Origin: Longimicrobiales bacterium
GTDB taxonomy: Bacteria; Gemmatimonadota; Gemmatimonadetes; Longimicrobiales; Gaopeijiaceae
NCBI GenBank assembly: GCA_965203485.1
Contig: OZ241892.1
Location: 2,976,001-3,040,000 of the forward strand
DNA: 64,000 bases
Direction of reading: 5' to 3'
A model generated the notes under the pieces. That model was not told the origin of the DNA. It did not search any database and saw nothing but the letters and a program-made list of their open reading frames with translations. Of this stretch, positions 27,001 through 33,000 are shown one piece after another. The translations under genes and the position numbers were made by a program. How positions within the stretch are numbered: the first letter of the stretch is position 1; each line of letters opens with the position of its first letter.

Positions 27001-30000
27001 CGACCCGACGACCACCCCCGTCACCCGCGGCGGGCTCCCGGGGCCGTCCACCTTGTGGGCAGCGGCGTCCGCGATCGCGTGCGTGCCCAGCCCCAGCGCC
27101 GCGTTCGTCCCGGCGCCGCTCCGTATCGTCCCGCCGTTCAGCGACAGCGCGCTCGCGCCCACGCTGATCCCGGAGCTGTCCGCGTCCGTCGCCCGCACCA
27201 CGTAGTCGAACGTCAGCGTCTTCGTCCCGCTCCCGCCGGCGTACGACGCCTGCGCTGTGGCGGCCCCCACCCCCAGCGCCAGCTGCGGGCTACCCGTCAC
27301 CGTCACCGGAATCTGGAAGCCGACCTGCACCGAGATCGTGTCGTCCGCCGTGTACGTGCTGTCGGCGCCGGCGTCGCTGGCGATCACCACCGCAAGCACG
27401 GCCGGAACCGTCGTAGTCCCGTCCACCTTGTGGGCGGCGGCGTTCGCAACCGCATTCGCGCCCAGTCCCAGCGCGGCGTTCGTGCCCGTGCCGCTCCGGA
27501 TCGTCCCGCCGTTCAGCGACAGCGCGCCCGCGGCCACGCTGATCCCGGCGCTGTCCACGTCCGTCGCCCGCACCGTGTAGCGGAACGTCAGCGTCTTCGT
27601 CCCGCTCCCGCCGGCGTACGACGCCTGCGCCGTGCCGGTCCCGATTCCCAGCGCCAGCTGCGGGCTCCCCGTCACCGTCACCGGGATCTGGAAGACGATC
27701 CGCACCGCGATCCCGTCGCCGGCGCCGTACGTGCTGTCGCTTCCCGCGTCGCTGAAGATCGTTGCCGAGACCACGGCCGGCACCGTCGCCGTCGCGCCGT
27801 TCACCTTCCCGGCGGCGACGCCGGCAAGGGCGTGGCTGCCCAAGCTCAGCGTCGCCGCGGCCCCGAACGAGCTCTGCAACGTGCCGCCGGCCAGCGACAG
27901 GGCGCTGTCCGCGACGGCGAATCCGTCGGCGTCCACGTCCGTCGCCCGAACGACGTAGCCGAACGTCAAGGTCTCCGTCCGGCTACCGCTCAGGTACGCC
28001 GCCAGCCGCGTCGAGTCTCCGATCGTCAGCGCCAGCTCGGGCACGCCCGTCACGACCACGGGAATGCTGAACTCGACCGCCACCTCGATCCGCTCGCCGC
28101 CCCCGTAGGTGTCGCCGCTGGCCGGCGAACTCGCGACCCTCGTCCCCGTCACCGACGGCGGCGTCGCCCTGGAGCCGTCCACCTTGTGGCCGCTGGAGTT
28201 CGTGATCGCGTGGGTCCTTCCCAGCTCCAGCCTGGCGTTGGTTCCAGCCGCGCTCCGGATCGTCCCGCCGTTCAGCGCCAACGCGCTGGGCCCCACGCTG
28301 ACGCCGTCCGCGTCCACGTCGGCGGACTGCACCACGTAGCTGAACGCCAGCGACTTGCTCCCGCTCCCTCCCGCGTACGACGCCTGCACCGTGGCGGCCC
28401 CGATCCCCAGCGCCAGCTGCGGGCTCCCCGCCACCGTCACCGGGATCTGGAAGACGATCCGCACCGCGATCAGCTCGCCGGCGCCGTACGTGTCCCCCGA
28501 AGCCGGGCTGGTGTCGAACCGCGCCGAGGCGACCTCGGGCAGCGTCACGCTCCCGTCGATCTGGTCGCTCAGCAGCTCGACGTTCAGCCTCAGCGCCGCA
28601 TCGGCCCCGCCGGCGCTCCGGATCGTCCCGCCGTTCAGGGTCAACGCCGCGCGCTCGACGGTGAACCCGTCCGCGTCCCGGTCCGTCGCCCGCACGGTGT
28701 AGCCGAAGGTCAGCGTCTTCGTCCCGCTCCCGCCGGCGTAGGCCGCCTGCACCGTGTCGGCGTCCAGCGACAGCGCCAGCTGCGGCGTCCCGGTCACCGT
28801 CACGGCCAAGTCGAACCCGACCTGCACCGAGATCGTCTCGCCCGCCCCGTACGACCCGCCGATCGCCGGCTGGCTGGCGGCCGCCACGGACGAGACGGTA
28901 GGCGCCGTCGTCGTGCCGTTCACCTTGTGGCCGGCCGCGTTCGCAATGGCGTGGCCGGCCAAGTTCAGCGTCGCGTTCGCCGCCGTGGCGCTCCGGATCG
29001 TCCCGCCGTTCAGGGTCAGGGCGCTCGCGCCGACGCCGATCCCGTCGGCGTCCACGTCGGTGGCGCCCACTACGTAGTCGAACGTCAGCGTCTTTGTCTG
29101 GCTGCCGGTCGAATAGGACGCCTGCCCGGCACCGCTTCCAATGGTCACCGCCAGCTGCGGCGTGCCCGTCACGGTCACCGGCATGTTGAACCCGACGGCC
29201 ACGGAGATCGTCTCGGTGGCCCCGTAGGTGTCGCCGTCGTCCGGAGCGCTGCTGATCTCCACCGAGGTCGCGGCCGGAGTGGCGTTGTTGGAGCCCAACA
29301 CCTTCTGGCCGGCGGCGTTCGTGATCGCGTGGGTGCCCAAGCCCAGGACCGCGCCGGCGCCGGCGGCGCTCCGGATCGTCCCGCCGTTCAGCGCCAAGGC
29401 GTCCGCCAAGATGCTGATGCCGTCCGCATCCAAGTCCGCCCGCTGCACGACGTAGCCGAAGCGCAGCACCTGACCCGTCGTCTCGAGCAACGCCGCTTGG
29501 CGCGTCTGGCGCCCGATGCCGATCGCCAGCTGCGGAGCGCCGGCAACCCGAATCGGGATCGCCGCCGCAAACTCCACCTCCACCTCGATCCGCTCCCCGC
29601 CTCCGTAGCTGTCCGCGGACGCCACCGGCCGACTCGCGATCCGAACGGCGCTCACGAACGGGTTCGGGGCGACGGCGCCGTTCACCTTGTGGCCGCTCGC
29701 GTCGGAGAGCGCATGACTGCCCAGCCCCAGCGTCGCCGCCGCCCCAGCGTCGCTCCGGATCGTGCCGCCGTTGAGCGTCAGCGCGCTCGCGCCGATCCCG
29801 ATCCCGTTGGCGTCCCGGTCGGCCGCCTGCACGGCGTACTCGAAGTGGAGCGTCCGGCCCGCCGTCCGCAGGTACGTGGCCTGGCGCGTCTGCGTCCCGA
29901 TCGTCAGCGCCAGCTGCGGGCTGCCGGTCACGGTGATCGGCAACCTGAAGGTGACGCTCGCCCCGATCTTCTCGCCCGCTCCGTACGTGTCGCCGCTGAC

Positions 30001-33000
30001 GGGCGTGCTGGTGACCGCGGCCCCCGTCACGGCGGGCGCGGTGGCGCTGCTGCCGGTCACCTTGTGGGTCGCGGCGGCGGTGATCGCATGGCTGCCCAAG
30101 TTCAGGCTCGCGTTGGTGCCGACCGTGCTCCGAATCGTCCCTCCGTTCAGCGTCAGGGCGCCCGCGCCGATCCCGATCCCGTCGGCGTCCGAGTCCGAAG
30201 AGTGCACCGTGTAGCGGAAGTGCAGCGACTGCCCCGCCGTTCGGGTCAGCGTCGCCTGCCGGGTCGAGTCCCCGATCGTCAGCGCCAACCGGGGCGCGCC
30301 CGTGACGCGGATCGGCACCAGGGCGCCGAACCGCACCTCGGCCTCGATCTGCTCGCCCGCTCCGTAGACGTCGCCGCTGACCGGCGTGCTGGTGATCCGA
30401 AGCAGGTCCACGTTCGGGACGGTGCCCGTGCTCCCGTCCACCTTGTGGCTCGCGTTGGCCGCGTAGGCGTAGGCCCCCAAGCCGAGCAGCGCCGCCCTGC
30501 TGTTGACGCCGGTGATCGTCCCTCCGTTCAGCTTCAGGGCGCCCGCGGCGATCCCGATTCCGTCGGCGTCCACGTCGGGCGTCTCCACCGTGTAGCGGAA
30601 GTGGATCGTACTGGGCCGAGAGGGCAGGCGTACGCCAAATGCTTGCTTGACGCTGTCCCCGATCGTCAGCTCCAGGAGCGGTAGGCCGGTCACGGCGACC
30701 GAGTCGCTGAAGTCCACTTCGACCCGAACGACCTCTCCCGCCCCGTAGGTGTTGCCGGTGCGCGGCCCGCTGACGAAGCGCACGCCGCTGACGGTCGTGA
30801 CGGCGACCGGCGTCGCCCTGACTTCGGAGCTCGATGAGCCGGTCCCGTTGGCGTTCGCCGCTCGCACCTGGAACTTGTGCGCGGCGCCGTTCGTCAGCGA
30901 CCCCACCGTGTAGCTGGTCGTCGTCGCGCTGCTTGCCGGGATGTCGGTCCAGCCCGAGTACGAACCCGCCGCCGGCCCGTGCCGGACCTGGTAGCCGGTG
31001 ATCGTGGTGTCCTGCGGATCGGTCCAGCTCAAGGTCGCTTGCGCATTGCCCGGAGTCGCGGTCAATCCCGTGGGCGCCGCGGGAACCGAGCCCCCAACCG
31101 TGGCGGAAGCGTTGACCTTGTGGCTGGAGGCGTTGGCGATCTGATTGCTGCCGATCGCCGGGGAGATCAGGCTGAAGGTTGGGCGGTAGACGTAGAGCTC
31201 TCTGGTGTACGTAAACGTTTGGGTGTTCCAGGTGCCGAAGTTCAATGCATTCGGCCCGATGCTGATGCCGTCCGGGTCGTGGTCGTCGCTCACAACGGTG
31301 TAAGAGTATTCGAAATGGTTTTGAGACGTCGTGAGGCCTCCGGTCTCGCCCCGGCTCGTGCGCGTCCTGCTGCCGATTTGCAAGTTCAGTATGGGTCCCC
31401 ACGAGTCCGAATCGATGTCGCTTCCGTCGGTCACGTGGAACCTCACTCGTATTACTTCTCCAGTGCTGTAGCTGTCCTCGCTCTGCGGTGTGCTGACAAT
31501 CTCGACCCGGTTGATCCGGGCCCTGAACAGGCCGATCGTCGTGAAGGCCGCGTCTCCCGCCGTGGTACCGACCATGGCTCGCAGCTCGATCCGGTAGGGC
31601 CGGCCTCCGTTCGATACCCTGACTTCGCCGGAGGTCGTACTCGCACTGCTGGAAGGAATGTTCGTCCACCCGGTGAAAGCGCCGCCGTCCGACGGCCGGT
31701 AGCGATACTGATACCCCGTGATCAAGCTGTTGCCGGGGTTGGTCCAGTCGAGCCTGGCCTGGGTGGCGCTCAAAGGCGTGGCGATCAGCCCGCTGGGCGC
31801 CGCCGCAACCTTGCGTCCGTCGACCGCGTGGCCCGAGGCGTCGGAAAGGGCGTGGTCGCCCAGGCCCAGCGTGGCGTTGGTTGCCGTGGCGCTCCGGATC
31901 GTGCCCCCGTTGAGGGCCAGCGCGGTCGCTCCTACGCTGACCCCGTCGCGGTCGGAGTCCGCCGCCGCAACCGTGTATCGGAACGTCAGGGTCTTCGTCC
32001 CGCTTCCGCTCGAGTACGCGGCCTGCCGCGTGGCGCTCCCGATCGTCAACGCCAACCGAGGCGTCCCTGTGACCGTCACCGCGATGCTGAAGCCGACCTG
32101 CACGGAGATCACGGCGCCCCGCGTGTACGTGCCGCCCATTGGCGTGCTGGCAAAGGTCACGGACGCCACCGTCGGCGCCGTCGCGCTCCCGTTCACCTTG
32201 TGCGCCGCCGAGTTCGCGATCGCGTGCGTGCCCAGGGCCAGCGCGGCGTTTGCTCCCCCCGCGTTGCGGATCGTGCCGCCGTTGAGCCCCAGCGCGCCGG
32301 CCGCAACGCTGATCCCGTCGTTGTCCCGGTCGCCGGCCACCGTTTCGTAGCTGAAGGCGAGGGTCTTGGCGCCGCTTCCGCTCGCGTAGGCCGCGTACCG
32401 GGTTGCGCTCCCCACGGTCAGCGCCAGCCGGGGGGCGCCCGTCACCGTCACTGCCAGATTGAACGCGACCTGCACCGAGATCGTCTCTCCCGCCCCGTAG
32501 GAGCTGTCGCTCGCCGGGCTGCTCGCGATCGCGACGGAGGCGACCGCCGGCACCGTCCTGGTCCCGTTCACCTTGTGGGCGGGCACGTTGGAGAACGCGT
32601 GGCTTCCCAGCCCCAGCGTCGCGGCGGCGCCCGTCCCGCTCCGGATGCTTCCGCCGTTCAGCTCCAGCGCATTCGCGCCCACGCTGATCCCGTCCGCGTC
32701 CAAGTCCGTCGCAAGCGTCTCGTAGCTGAACGTCAAGGCGCTCGTTCCGTTTCCGCTCGCGTAGGCCGCGTGACGGGTGGCGCTCCCGATCGTCAGGGCC
32801 AGCCGGGGCGTGCCCGTGACCGTCACGGCGAACCCGAACGACACCCGCACCGAGATCGTCTCGGCCGCCGCGTAGGTGTCCCCGCTGTCCGGCCTGCTCG
32901 TGACGAGAACGCCGCTCACCGCAGGCATCGTCCTGCTCCCGTCCACCTTGTGGCCCGAGGCGGCGCTGATCGCGTGCGTGCCCAGGGCCAGCGTGGCGTT

